From Arcobacteraceae bacterium (GTDB lineage: Bacteria > Campylobacterota > Campylobacteria > Campylobacterales > Arcobacteraceae): a DNA stretch of 64,000 nucleotides. Of this stretch, positions 1-6,999 are shown one piece after another. Each line of letters opens with the position of its first letter. Within the stretch, counting starts at the first letter, position 1. A program made the translations under genes and the position numbers. The notes beneath the pieces are model-generated. The model made no database searches, had not been told where the DNA came from, and saw only the letters and a list, made by a program, of their open reading frames with translations. The stretch spans positions 2,433,316 through 2,497,315 of the forward strand of contig OY759974.1 of assembly GCA_963662945.1 (NCBI GenBank), given 5' to 3'.

Positions 1-988
1 TGAGCAAAATGAAGCATTAAATGCACTTTTAAATCCAGATTTTTCTAAAGTAAATTATCCAGATTTTAGTGATGTAGATTCTATGGCAACAAGAGATTCA
101 AATCACAAAATATTAAATGCAATTGCTGGTGCAGTTCCATCATTTTTAGGTGGAAGTGCAGATTTAGCACCATCAAATAAAACTGAGTTGATGGGACTTG
201 GTGATTTCCCAAGAGGAAGAAATATCCACTTTGGTATCAAAGAACACTCAATGGCAGCTATTACAAATGCTATGAATATTTATGGATTATTTAGAGTATT
301 TAGTGCAACATTCTTTATCTTTAGTGATTATTTAAAACCAGCTGCAAGAGTAGCTGCACTTTCAAGTATCCCACAACATTTTGTATGGACACATGATAGT
401 ATTGGAGTAGGGGAAGATGGTGCAACTCATCAACCTATCGAGCAACTAAGCCAATTTAGAGCATTACCAAACTTTTATACATTTAGACCTGCTGATGCTA
501 CTGAAAATATTGAGTGTTGGAAAACTGCATTTACACTAAATGCACCTACAGCTTTTGTATGTTCTAGACAAAAGTTAACTAACTTAAAAGGGCAAAAAGT
601 AGTTGGAGATGTTTCAAAAGGTGGATATCTTGTAACAAAACACGATAAAGCAGATGTAACATTTATGGCAAGTGGGAGTGAAGTATCACTTTGTCTTGAA
701 GCTGCTAAGTTATTAGAAAAAGCAGGAGTATATGCAAATGTTGTATCTGTTCCTTGTTTTGATTTACTTGTAGAGCAAGATATAGATTATATTGATGAAA
801 TCATTGATATGAACAATACTTTTGTAGTAGCTGTAGAAGCTGCAACTGCTATGGAATACTACAAATTTGCTGATGTGGTTATCGGTATGACTGGATTTGG
901 AGAGAGTGGACCTGCTGAGGAACTTTTTGAAAAATTTGGTTTCACACCAGAAAAAATCGCTGCTAGAGTTCAAGAGATAGTAGCGTAA
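1..988 (+). CDS. tkt: Transketolase, C-terminal part (5' end outside window)
   Basis: Frame open from window start; motifs GGSADLAPSN, HFGIKEH, THDSIGVGEDGATHQP, ASGSEV. Confidence 0.97.
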   Translation, partial: EQNEALNALLNPDFSKVNYPDFSDVDSMATRDSNHKILNAIAGAVPSFLGGSADLAPSNKTELMGLGDFPRGRNIHFGIKEHSMAAITNAMNIYGLFRVFSATFFIFSDYLKPAARVAALSSIPQHFVWTHDSIGVGEDGATHQPIEQLSQFRALPNFYTFRPADATENIECWKTAFTLNAPTAFVCSRQKLTNLKGQKVVGDVSKGGYLVTKHDKADVTFMASGSEVSLCLEAAKLLEKAGVYANVVSVPCFDLLVEQDIDYIDEIIDMNNTFVVAVEAATAMEYYKFADVVIGMTGFGESGPAEELFEKFGFTPEKIAARVQEIVA

Positions 989-1004
989 CTCTTAAAATGG
1001 CAGA

Positions 1005-1059
1005 TATCAATAATGCAGTTGTGATTGTCTCAATCGCTGCGTTATTGATAGGCTTTTTT
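1005..1059 (+). terminator. Long hairpin with U-tract after tkt, probably terminating between convergent genes
   Basis: TATCAATAATGCAG (1005-1018) pairs with CTGCGTTATTGATA (1037-1050); inner GATTG/CAATC; TTTTTT follows. Confidence 0.7.
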
Positions 1060-1089
1060 CTTTATATTATTTTTTAACTTATTAAAATA

Positions 1090-1623
1090 TCACTTTGGTC
1101 TAAATCCTATTAAATTATCATTTGTCTTTTGAGTATCTTGTAAGATTTGATGTAAGAGTTCAAAAGCTTCATCTATTCTATGAGTATTGTAGTTTTGATG
1201 TTGTTGGTCAATTTTAATCGTTTTTTCTATCTCTTCTATTCTCTGTGCTATATCTTTATAGTTTAAAGCAAATTCTCTCATTTTTGTAAATGTTCGCATG
1301 ATAGTAAGAGTCACTTCTGTAGCAACTTGACTTTTTAACACCGTTGCCAACATATACACTCCCTGTTCTGTAAAAACTTTAGGTAAATATTTTCTATCTT
1401 TTAAGCTTTCTTTAAAGGTCGCATTTTGCGACCTTAAGATATCTACTTCTTCCTTTGTCATCTCAAAAAATAAATCGCAAGGAAATCTTTCAGGATTTCT
1501 TTTAACAGCTTCATTTATCCTTTTTGTTTCTACATTGTATAAATTTGCTAAATCACTATCTAACATAATATTGAGATTACGAACTTTATATATCTTTGTT
1601 TCTATATTATTTACAATTTCCAT
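1090..1623 (-). CDS. ORF6N-domain DNA-binding protein
   Basis: MLDSDLANLYNVETKRINEAVKRNPERFP and PKVFTEQGVYMLATVLKS are typical ORF6N motifs; ends IGF. Confidence 0.9.
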   Translation of the reverse strand: MEIVNNIETKIYKVRNLNIMLDSDLANLYNVETKRINEAVKRNPERFPCDLFFEMTKEEVDILRSQNATFKESLKDRKYLPKVFTEQGVYMLATVLKSQVATEVTLTIMRTFTKMREFALNYKDIAQRIEEIEKTIKIDQQHQNYNTHRIDEAFELLHQILQDTQKTNDNLIGFRPK

Positions 1624-1710
1624 ATCTGATACTCCTATTTTTTCTAAAGTATCTTATCATCTTTTTTAATTTGAGATTGAAAATATGGCATATTGTAATA
1701 TTTATGTTTT

Positions 1711-1944
1711 TTAGCAGAGTGTTTTTTGTCTGTTTATTTTTTCTTCTATAGTTTTAGTTGTATTATTAATATTGTCGTATAATGATTTTCTTTGGTCATG
1801 TGTAATATCTTCTGATAGTAAATATTCTAATATGTTTAATGTTGTTTCAACAAGTATATAATCCTCTTGAAGGTCTTTTTTATATTTTTCAATTCTTTGT
1901 ATTGATGATTTTATTTTATCTTTCAAAATCATTCTTTTTCTCAA
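1711..1944 (-). CDS. Small hypothetical helical protein (start may be ATG at 1932)
   Basis: ORF only; overlaps the 3' end of the upstream ORF as in an operon. Confidence 0.4.
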   Translation of the reverse strand: MRKRMILKDKIKSSIQRIEKYKKDLQEDYILVETTLNILEYLLSEDITHDQRKSLYDNINNTTKTIEEKINRQKTLC

Positions 1945-2143
1945 TTTCTTTTAAGTAGTATTCAAGTACAAAAATTACATTATCATTTTTTTCTAACCAT
2001 TTATGTATCTCTTTATTTGAAGCATTTGTATTTAGTAAAATATTTATCTTTTTTAATAATATTTTAGTGAATAGATATTTTTCTTGGATTGTTTCATAAT
2101 TTTTATCTATTCTTTGTTTTAGGTTTATTATTGTTTGTTGCAA
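1916..2143 (-). CDS. Small hypothetical protein
   Basis: TTG start preceded by AAAGG RBS; divergent from the XRE gene. Confidence 0.45.
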   Translation of the reverse strand: MQQTIINLKQRIDKNYETIQEKYLFTKILLKKINILLNTNASNKEIHKWLEKNDNVIFVLEYYLKEIEKKNDFER

Positions 2144-2170
2144 ATTTTAGCCTTTGAAAAATATTTCAAA

Positions 2171-2244
2171 TTTATCCTATAGGATAAAGATTTTTTAATT
2201 ATATAACTATAAAGTTTAATTTTAAATTAACTCTATAGGATAAA
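2171..2244. promoter_or_regulatory. Putative operator pair in a divergent promoter
   Basis: Perfect 18-bp palindrome TTTATCCTATAGGATAAA (2171-2188); CTATAGGATAAA repeated at 2233-2244 over the XRE gene RBS. Confidence 0.65.
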
Positions 2245-2248
2245 TAAG

Positions 2249-2500
2249 ATGGAAACCGATTTTAGTAACTCAACAAAAGAAGAAATAAAAAAGTTTTATG
2301 AAAATATTTCAAAAAAAGTAAAGTTTTTTCGAGAAAGTAAAAATATAACTCAATTGGATTTAGCTTTGGATATAGGGATAAAGTCTGTAGCCTTTTATTC
2401 AAATTGTGAAAATAATAAATATGATAAACATTTTAATTTAGAACACTTGTATAAAATTGCCAAGTCTTTGAAGGTAGATATTAATGAGTTTTTTAATTAA
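2249..2500 (+). CDS. XRE/Cro-C1 family helix-turn-helix regulator
   Basis: VKFFRESKNITQLDLALDIG...YSNCEN...NLEHLYKIAKSLKVDINEFF HTH_3 pattern. Confidence 0.88.
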   Translation: METDFSNSTKEEIKKFYENISKKVKFFRESKNITQLDLALDIGIKSVAFYSNCENNKYDKHFNLEHLYKIAKSLKVDINEFFN

Positions 2501-2520
2501 ATGTTATGATTATTTAGTAG

Positions 2521-2655
2521 GTATAACGTCTGAACTGAAGGACGATGACCCCATCAATATGTTTGCTGGCTTCTTTTTTAACTAATACATAAAAGCTAAT
2601 TTAGGCTTAAATATTTGCAGGGGTCACGCGTTCTTTTTCCTGTATTTTGTTATAT
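2521..2655 (-). repeat. attC-like site of cassette 4 (135 bp)
   Basis: + strand GTATAAC (2521-2527)...GTTATAT (2649-2655); internal arms TGACCCC/GGGGTCA. Confidence 0.75.
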
Positions 2656-2677
2656 CTTATATAGTTTATGCTAATTA

Positions 2678-3034
2678 TTACAGTCTATCTGCATAACAAG
2701 TCCCATTGTCTTTTTTACCCCATTTATTCTCAATATAAATATATTCTCTATCCTCAGGTTCATAGTGATGAAATTTATAAGTGTAACTATCATTTTTATA
2801 TATAATGATTTCAGTTTTGAAATCATCATATTCTGATAATTTCTTTGAAAATGAATCAACTTTCCAAACGGTATATTTATTGTTAACAAGAATTTTATTA
2901 CTATCTAAATATCTACCAAATACTTTTATAGTGATATTGTCACCACTTTTCATTTTACATTCTAAATTATATATAAATGCCTTTGCATTTGTAAAAATTC
3001 CAAAGATTAATAATATGCTTAATAAGAACTTCAT
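2678..3034 (-). CDS. Cassette 4 ORF: secreted hypothetical protein
   Basis: Sec-type signal peptide MKFLLSILLIFGIFTNAKA; AAAAGGA RBS; two Cys near the termini. Confidence 0.75.
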   Translation of the reverse strand: MKFLLSILLIFGIFTNAKAFIYNLECKMKSGDNITIKVFGRYLDSNKILVNNKYTVWKVDSFSKKLSEYDDFKTEIIIYKNDSYTYKFHHYEPEDREYIYIENKWGKKDNGTCYADRL

Positions 3035-3074
3035 TTGAATATATCCTTTTATAAAGTAAATAGCTATTTTGTAG

Positions 3075-3207
3075 ATATAACGACCGAGTTGAAAAACAAG
3101 GTGTTATTTTTAATAAGATGTTCAAATCTTCATCTAAGTAATTTTACAAGATAAAGCTTAAATAATTGTAGTGTAACCTTGTTTTTCTTTCCAACGATTT
3201 GTTAGAT
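3075..3207 (-). repeat. attC-like site of cassette 3 (133 bp)
   Basis: ATATAAC (3075-3081)...GTTAGAT (3201-3207); perfect 12-bp arms GAAAAACAAGGT/ACCTTGTTTTTC. Confidence 0.85.
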
Positions 3208-3208
3208 T

Positions 3209-3691
3209 TTATAATATCTCAATATATGAATTATCTTTTTTTATTTCTTGTCTTAAATTTAGAATAAATTCAAGTTTTAATTTTCTGACATATTGTTTTA
3301 AATATTTTTTTGGCAAAAACTTAGTCCACATAGGTAAATCAAATTTATCATTTAAATAATATTTATCAAAATATATTTTAACAATTTTTAAATTTTTTCC
3401 TTTTGTGTTTGTTGGAATAAAACATCTCCATGGTTTTTGATTATATAATATATTATTTTTAAAAGGTGTTGATTCATTCATACTAATTTGTTGAACTTTT
3501 CCAGACCATTTAAATACAAGAACTACACCTTGATTTTGAAATTCCTGTCCGTAGTTATACCCTTGCTTTATAGAACAAAAACAATTTAAACAAGAATCAC
3601 CATTATAAATATTTCTTGAAAAAGGTATAAATTGTTTGCTTTTAATAATATTTAATGCAGAAGTTAAATTTGTAATATGATAAATATACAA
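3209..3691 (-). CDS. Cassette 3 ORF: hypothetical protein with ADP-ribosyltransferase-like N-terminal YHxT motif
   Basis: Start re-called to TTG at 3691 (AAAAGGA RBS 6 nt upstream; track start 3775 lies inside attC); MYIYHITNLTSALNIIKSKQF. Confidence 0.7.
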   Translation of the reverse strand: MYIYHITNLTSALNIIKSKQFIPFSRNIYNGDSCLNCFCSIKQGYNYGQEFQNQGVVLVFKWSGKVQQISMNESTPFKNNILYNQKPWRCFIPTNTKGKNLKIVKIYFDKYYLNDKFDLPMWTKFLPKKYLKQYVRKLKLEFILNLRQEIKKDNSYIEIL

Positions 3692-3732
3692 TGATAGTCC
3701 TTTTTTATTACATAGTAAAATTTGATTTATAA

Positions 3733-3802
3733 ATCTAACGTTTGACTTGAGAAATAGTTGTGCCCGCAGGGTCAACTATTTCTCTCCAAGGTTTTGTTAG
3801 AC
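3733..3802 (-). repeat. attC-like site of cassette 2 (70 bp)
   Basis: ATCTAAC (3733-3739)...GTTAGAC (3796-3802); arms GAGAAATAGTTG/CAACTATTTCTC; centre TGCCCGCAGGGT. Confidence 0.9.
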
Positions 3803-3813
3803 TTTTAATACAA

Positions 3814-4608
3814 CTATCCAATGTATAAATCATTCACCATTAATGGTACTTTGTGTAATTTATAATCAAGTTTTTTCATTAATTTTTCTTGCTCGTTTTG
3901 AATAAAAGGTTCTTGTCTTCTTTGAGTATCTTGTTTATATGTCCTAATTTCTTGTAGCATCTCTCGATTATGCTCTTCTTGTCCTCTTATCATTTCTCTT
4001 AATTGACGCTGATTATGTCTAATTTCATCTTGACCATTTAATAAATCAATGTGAGTTGGTTGCTCATTATGTATATGTATCTCTTGATTTATATTTATAA
4101 TTTGTCTATCTTGAGCAAAGATAGAATCTAATGATGTATTAAGTCCATATATGATAACTCCTTCTGCCAAAATAGCTAACACTTTTTTTCCATTCAAGTG
4201 ATACTTGTGTGGCGAATTTAATTCAATTTTTGTAAAGGACAATGCTTGTTCATCAACATAAATTGGTTCATACTTTCCATGACTATTCCCACACATAATA
4301 ATTGGTCTTTGGAGGCTGTGAAATTTTTTCCAAAATGATTTAGCATCTCTCTCTTTACTTTCAAGAAATACAAAATCATTATAGTTTTCAATAGTGTATT
4401 TTTCAGCTTCTTTTGGAACTGTTGAATATAAATCAAAAGAACGAGTAGCAATGATAAAATCTGAATCATGTGCACCATCTGCATATAGTTTTTCCATGCT
4501 TTCAAGCATAGATAATTTCATATAATATTCACCAAGGAAAGTAACTGTATGTCCCATCATCCAGTGAGGTTGAATTGTTGGTGATTGGAAAACTGTATTA
4601 ATATTCAT
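3814..4608 (-). CDS. Cassette 2 ORF: hypothetical protein with C-terminal coiled coil
   Basis: 264 aa; AAAAGGA RBS just inside the core site; Q/E/R-rich helical tail. Confidence 0.75.
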   Translation of the reverse strand: MNINTVFQSPTIQPHWMMGHTVTFLGEYYMKLSMLESMEKLYADGAHDSDFIIATRSFDLYSTVPKEAEKYTIENYNDFVFLESKERDAKSFWKKFHSLQRPIIMCGNSHGKYEPIYVDEQALSFTKIELNSPHKYHLNGKKVLAILAEGVIIYGLNTSLDSIFAQDRQIININQEIHIHNEQPTHIDLLNGQDEIRHNQRQLREMIRGQEEHNREMLQEIRTYKQDTQRRQEPFIQNEQEKLMKKLDYKLHKVPLMVNDLYIG

Positions 4609-4626
4609 TTATTATGTCCTTTTGTA

Positions 4627-4695
4627 GTCTAACGGTTGAAGTGAGCTAATAAATTGCCCGCAGGGTAATTTATTAGCTCCTCTGATTTGTTAGAC
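4627..4695 (-). repeat. attC-like site of cassette 1 (69 bp)
   Basis: GTCTAAC (4627-4633)...GTTAGAC (4689-4695); arms GAGCTAATAAATT/AATTTATTAGCTC; centre TGCCCGCAGGGT. Confidence 0.9.
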
Positions 4696-4733
4696 ATTAG
4701 TAAAATTTTTCTATATCTATAATTCATTAAGTT

Positions 4734-5657
4734 TTATAGAATTTTTTCTCTATTGATTTTTTCTTGATTTAAAGTAAAACCTTTGTTATTAAACACAGTT
4801 ATTTGTAAATAATCATTAGATTGGTCATCAATATAGTCTCTAAAATTAATAAAATTATTTTCTTCAATAATTTTAAAATCATTACTTATAATTTTTGAAC
4901 TATTATTAGACTCTAAAACTATAGATAAACTTTTAATTAAAAAATATGTAAGTGATTCAGTTATTTTAATTACTGTATTAACCATAGGGTATTCATATAC
5001 ATCAGAATCTATGAGTAGTATATTATCTTCTGTATCTTTAAAGCATGAAAAACAACATTGAATGTATGGTTCAACAGATGATAAGTGGGTAAGTATGTTT
5101 CTAAAGCTTTTTTTATTTCCTTTTTCAAGTAAATTAAATATATGTGATTTTAATTCATCTATTTCTTTTTGGAGTAATTTTATATTATCCTTTGAATGAT
5201 TTTTAACATATGATTCAAATAATTCAAAGTCTGATTGCTTTGGCTTTTTTAATTTTCTAGCAGGTTTTCCAAAATTTTTATAAACAAAGTTGAAAAAGAT
5301 ATCTAAAGTGGATTTAGAATGCATAATAAAAGATCCAAAATCAGATGCAATTGTTACTTCATTAAATAATAATAATTCATTGTTCTCTTTATCTTTTATT
5401 GTTGTTGTGTTATGAGATTGTTTTATTAAATTAATAGATTTTTGTCTGATTTGATAAGAATAATATAGGATAGTAAACATTTTTTCTTTAAATGAGTTAG
5501 TGTCTTGTAAGCTAGAACTATCTAATTCTTTATGTACTTCTTTGTACATATTTAATGCATTTTCATTAGCAAAACCTTCAAAATATGGATATAGTAAGCT
5601 TCTATTATAACTCGTATAGTTTTCACCATTTTTATTAAAATATAAATTCAAGTTCAT
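4734..5657 (-). CDS. Cassette 1 ORF: HEPN-like (RxxxxH) putative RNase
   Basis: Helical DFGSFIMHSKSTLDIFF segment followed by FRNILTH, resembling Cthe_2314-like HEPN domains. Confidence 0.65.
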   Translation of the reverse strand: MNLNLYFNKNGENYTSYNRSLLYPYFEGFANENALNMYKEVHKELDSSSLQDTNSFKEKMFTILYYSYQIRQKSINLIKQSHNTTTIKDKENNELLLFNEVTIASDFGSFIMHSKSTLDIFFNFVYKNFGKPARKLKKPKQSDFELFESYVKNHSKDNIKLLQKEIDELKSHIFNLLEKGNKKSFRNILTHLSSVEPYIQCCFSCFKDTEDNILLIDSDVYEYPMVNTVIKITESLTYFLIKSLSIVLESNNSSKIISNDFKIIEENNFINFRDYIDDQSNDYLQITVFNNKGFTLNQEKINREKIL

Positions 5658-5662
5658 CCTTT

Positions 5663-5691
5663 GTCTAACTCTTTATTGAAGATACATTATA
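5663..5691 (-). promoter_or_regulatory. attI-like core site (GTTAGAC) with candidate cassette promoter -10 box
   Basis: Minus strand reads TATAAT(5691-5686)-16 nt-GTTAGAC(5669-5663)-AAAGG-ATG; no attC-type stem upstream. Confidence 0.6.
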
Positions 5692-6095
5692 TATAAAACA
5701 CCCTGAAAATCAATAAATAACATACATAAAAAATGTTGTTTTATTTATTCGTTATAAAGCCTTTAAATAAAAGTCTTCTTACACATTTTACTGTAAAAAA
5801 CATTGCAATTTAAGATATTTTTTAAATAAATTTTAAGTTTTTGCTACAATTTTTATGTATGTTTAATGTCGATATTTCGATGATAATAGTACATAATGTA
5901 TGTATATTAAGACAATATCGTAATAAACCTGCATTATGTTAAATATATTGGGAGAGATATTATAAGTAAATAAAATCGAATGAACTGTAACCAAACTTTA
6001 CAAAAATATTCTCTTATAATCAATCTAAATCCTTATTAGCAACACTTTATCTCTCTATGCTATAATATCTCATAATTAACTATTAGGAGAGCAGA

Positions 6096-6608
6096 ATGAT
6101 GGGATTTACAAAATTTAAAGGTACAGATGTAACATTAGAGGGAACACAACTAGAAGTTGGGGATATGGCTCCTGTTGTTACTATAGTTGGGGCTGATTTA
6201 GAAGATATTGAAGTTGGTGGTTCAAATGACCAAATACAACTTATCATCTCAGTACCATCTCTTGATACAGCAACTTGTGCAGCTGAAACTCGAAGATTCA
6301 ATGAAGAGGTTGGGGCACTTGATATTTGTACAACAACTGTTATCTCTATGGATTTACCATTTGCAAGTGCAAAGTTCTGTACAACAGAAGGTATAGATAA
6401 CCTTGAAGTTGGAAGTGATTATGTTGATAAAGAGTTTGGAAAAGCTTATGGTGTATTGATGACTGACAATAAACTAAAAGGTTTACTTGCTAGAACAGTT
6501 TTTGTAGTAGATAGAAATGGTATCATAGTATATAAACAAATAGTTCCAGAAGTTACAGCTGAACCAGATTATGAAGAGGTTTTAGAAGCGATTAAAGGGG
6601 CAAGATAA
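6096..6608 (+). CDS. tpx: Thiol peroxidase (atypical 2-Cys peroxiredoxin)
   Basis: SVPSLDTATCAAETRRFN, ISMDLPFA..FC, GLLAR; extended -10 TGCTATAAT at 6058-6066. Confidence 0.95.
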   Translation: MMGFTKFKGTDVTLEGTQLEVGDMAPVVTIVGADLEDIEVGGSNDQIQLIISVPSLDTATCAAETRRFNEEVGALDICTTTVISMDLPFASAKFCTTEGIDNLEVGSDYVDKEFGKAYGVLMTDNKLKGLLARTVFVVDRNGIIVYKQIVPEVTAEPDYEEVLEAIKGAR

Positions 6609-6609
6609 G

Positions 6610-6999
6610 GTGTCTTATCAGTCTTGGCACCAAGAACACGCCCAAAAGCATAAAAAGCTTCTAGAGAAGCTAAAAGATTTAAGTGACAATGAGATTATAG
6701 AGTATTTTAGTTTTGAAAATATGGTTATCAAAGAACCAGATTTTTGCCCTTTATACAAAGAGAATAGAAAATGTCACAATATGGAAAATCTGAATTGCTA
6801 TTTTTGTGCTTGTCCAAACTTTAGAGTAGAGGAAAAACAAAGCACTTGTTCCATAAAAAGTAAAGATGGTGGAAGTATAAAGTCTCCTGATGGTTTTATC
6901 CATCAGGATTGCTCAAAGTGTACAGTTCCCCATAAAGTAGAATATGTCAAAAAACATTTTGATAGAGATTGGTTAAAAGTTATGAAGAATAACTTTTAA
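6610..6999 (+). CDS. Cysteine-rich small-domain (zinc-finger-like) protein
   Basis: FCPLY...CH...NCYFCACP...DCSKCTVPH. Confidence 0.8.
   Translation: MSYQSWHQEHAQKHKKLLEKLKDLSDNEIIEYFSFENMVIKEPDFCPLYKENRKCHNMENLNCYFCACPNFRVEEKQSTCSIKSKDGGSIKSPDGFIHQDCSKCTVPHKVEYVKKHFDRDWLKVMKNNF

Larger units (their letters stand above)
2521..5669 (-). mobile_element. Integron-type gene cassette array, 4 cassettes, no integrase in window (CALIN-like)
   Basis: Four co-oriented single-ORF units, each followed by an (R)xxTAAC...GTTAxx imperfect palindrome; fifth lone core site at 5663-5669. Confidence 0.88.

Noticed and set aside
983-1059. Fifth attC at the tkt 3' end (GCGTAAC followed by a hairpin)
   Set aside because: No closing GTT core at the matching distance, and it does not complement GTTATAC. 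The U-tract fits a terminator.
1090-2500. Prophage
   Set aside because: Only ORF6N and an XRE gene; no integrase, replication, packaging or structural genes.
3692-3775. ORF-track N-terminal extension of the cassette 3 gene
   Set aside because: It runs through the attC site; an RBS-supported TTG lies at 3691.
2521-4695. CRISPR array or simple terminators as the explanation for the repeated hairpins
   Set aside because: The units are 0.55-1.0 kb apart, each holds a full ORF and they differ in sequence. They have AAC/GTT ends in cassette register, and no cas genes are present.
5954-6071. 11-bp inverted repeat GAGATATTATA/TATAATATCTC overlapping the tpx -10
   Set aside because: Low-complexity AT-rich match about 100 bp apart; plausible by chance.
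5670-6095. Integron integrase gene or recognisable remnant
   Set aside because: No suitable ORF in the track and no tyrosine recombinase motifs seen by eye. A TBLASTN search is still needed to exclude a decayed fragment.
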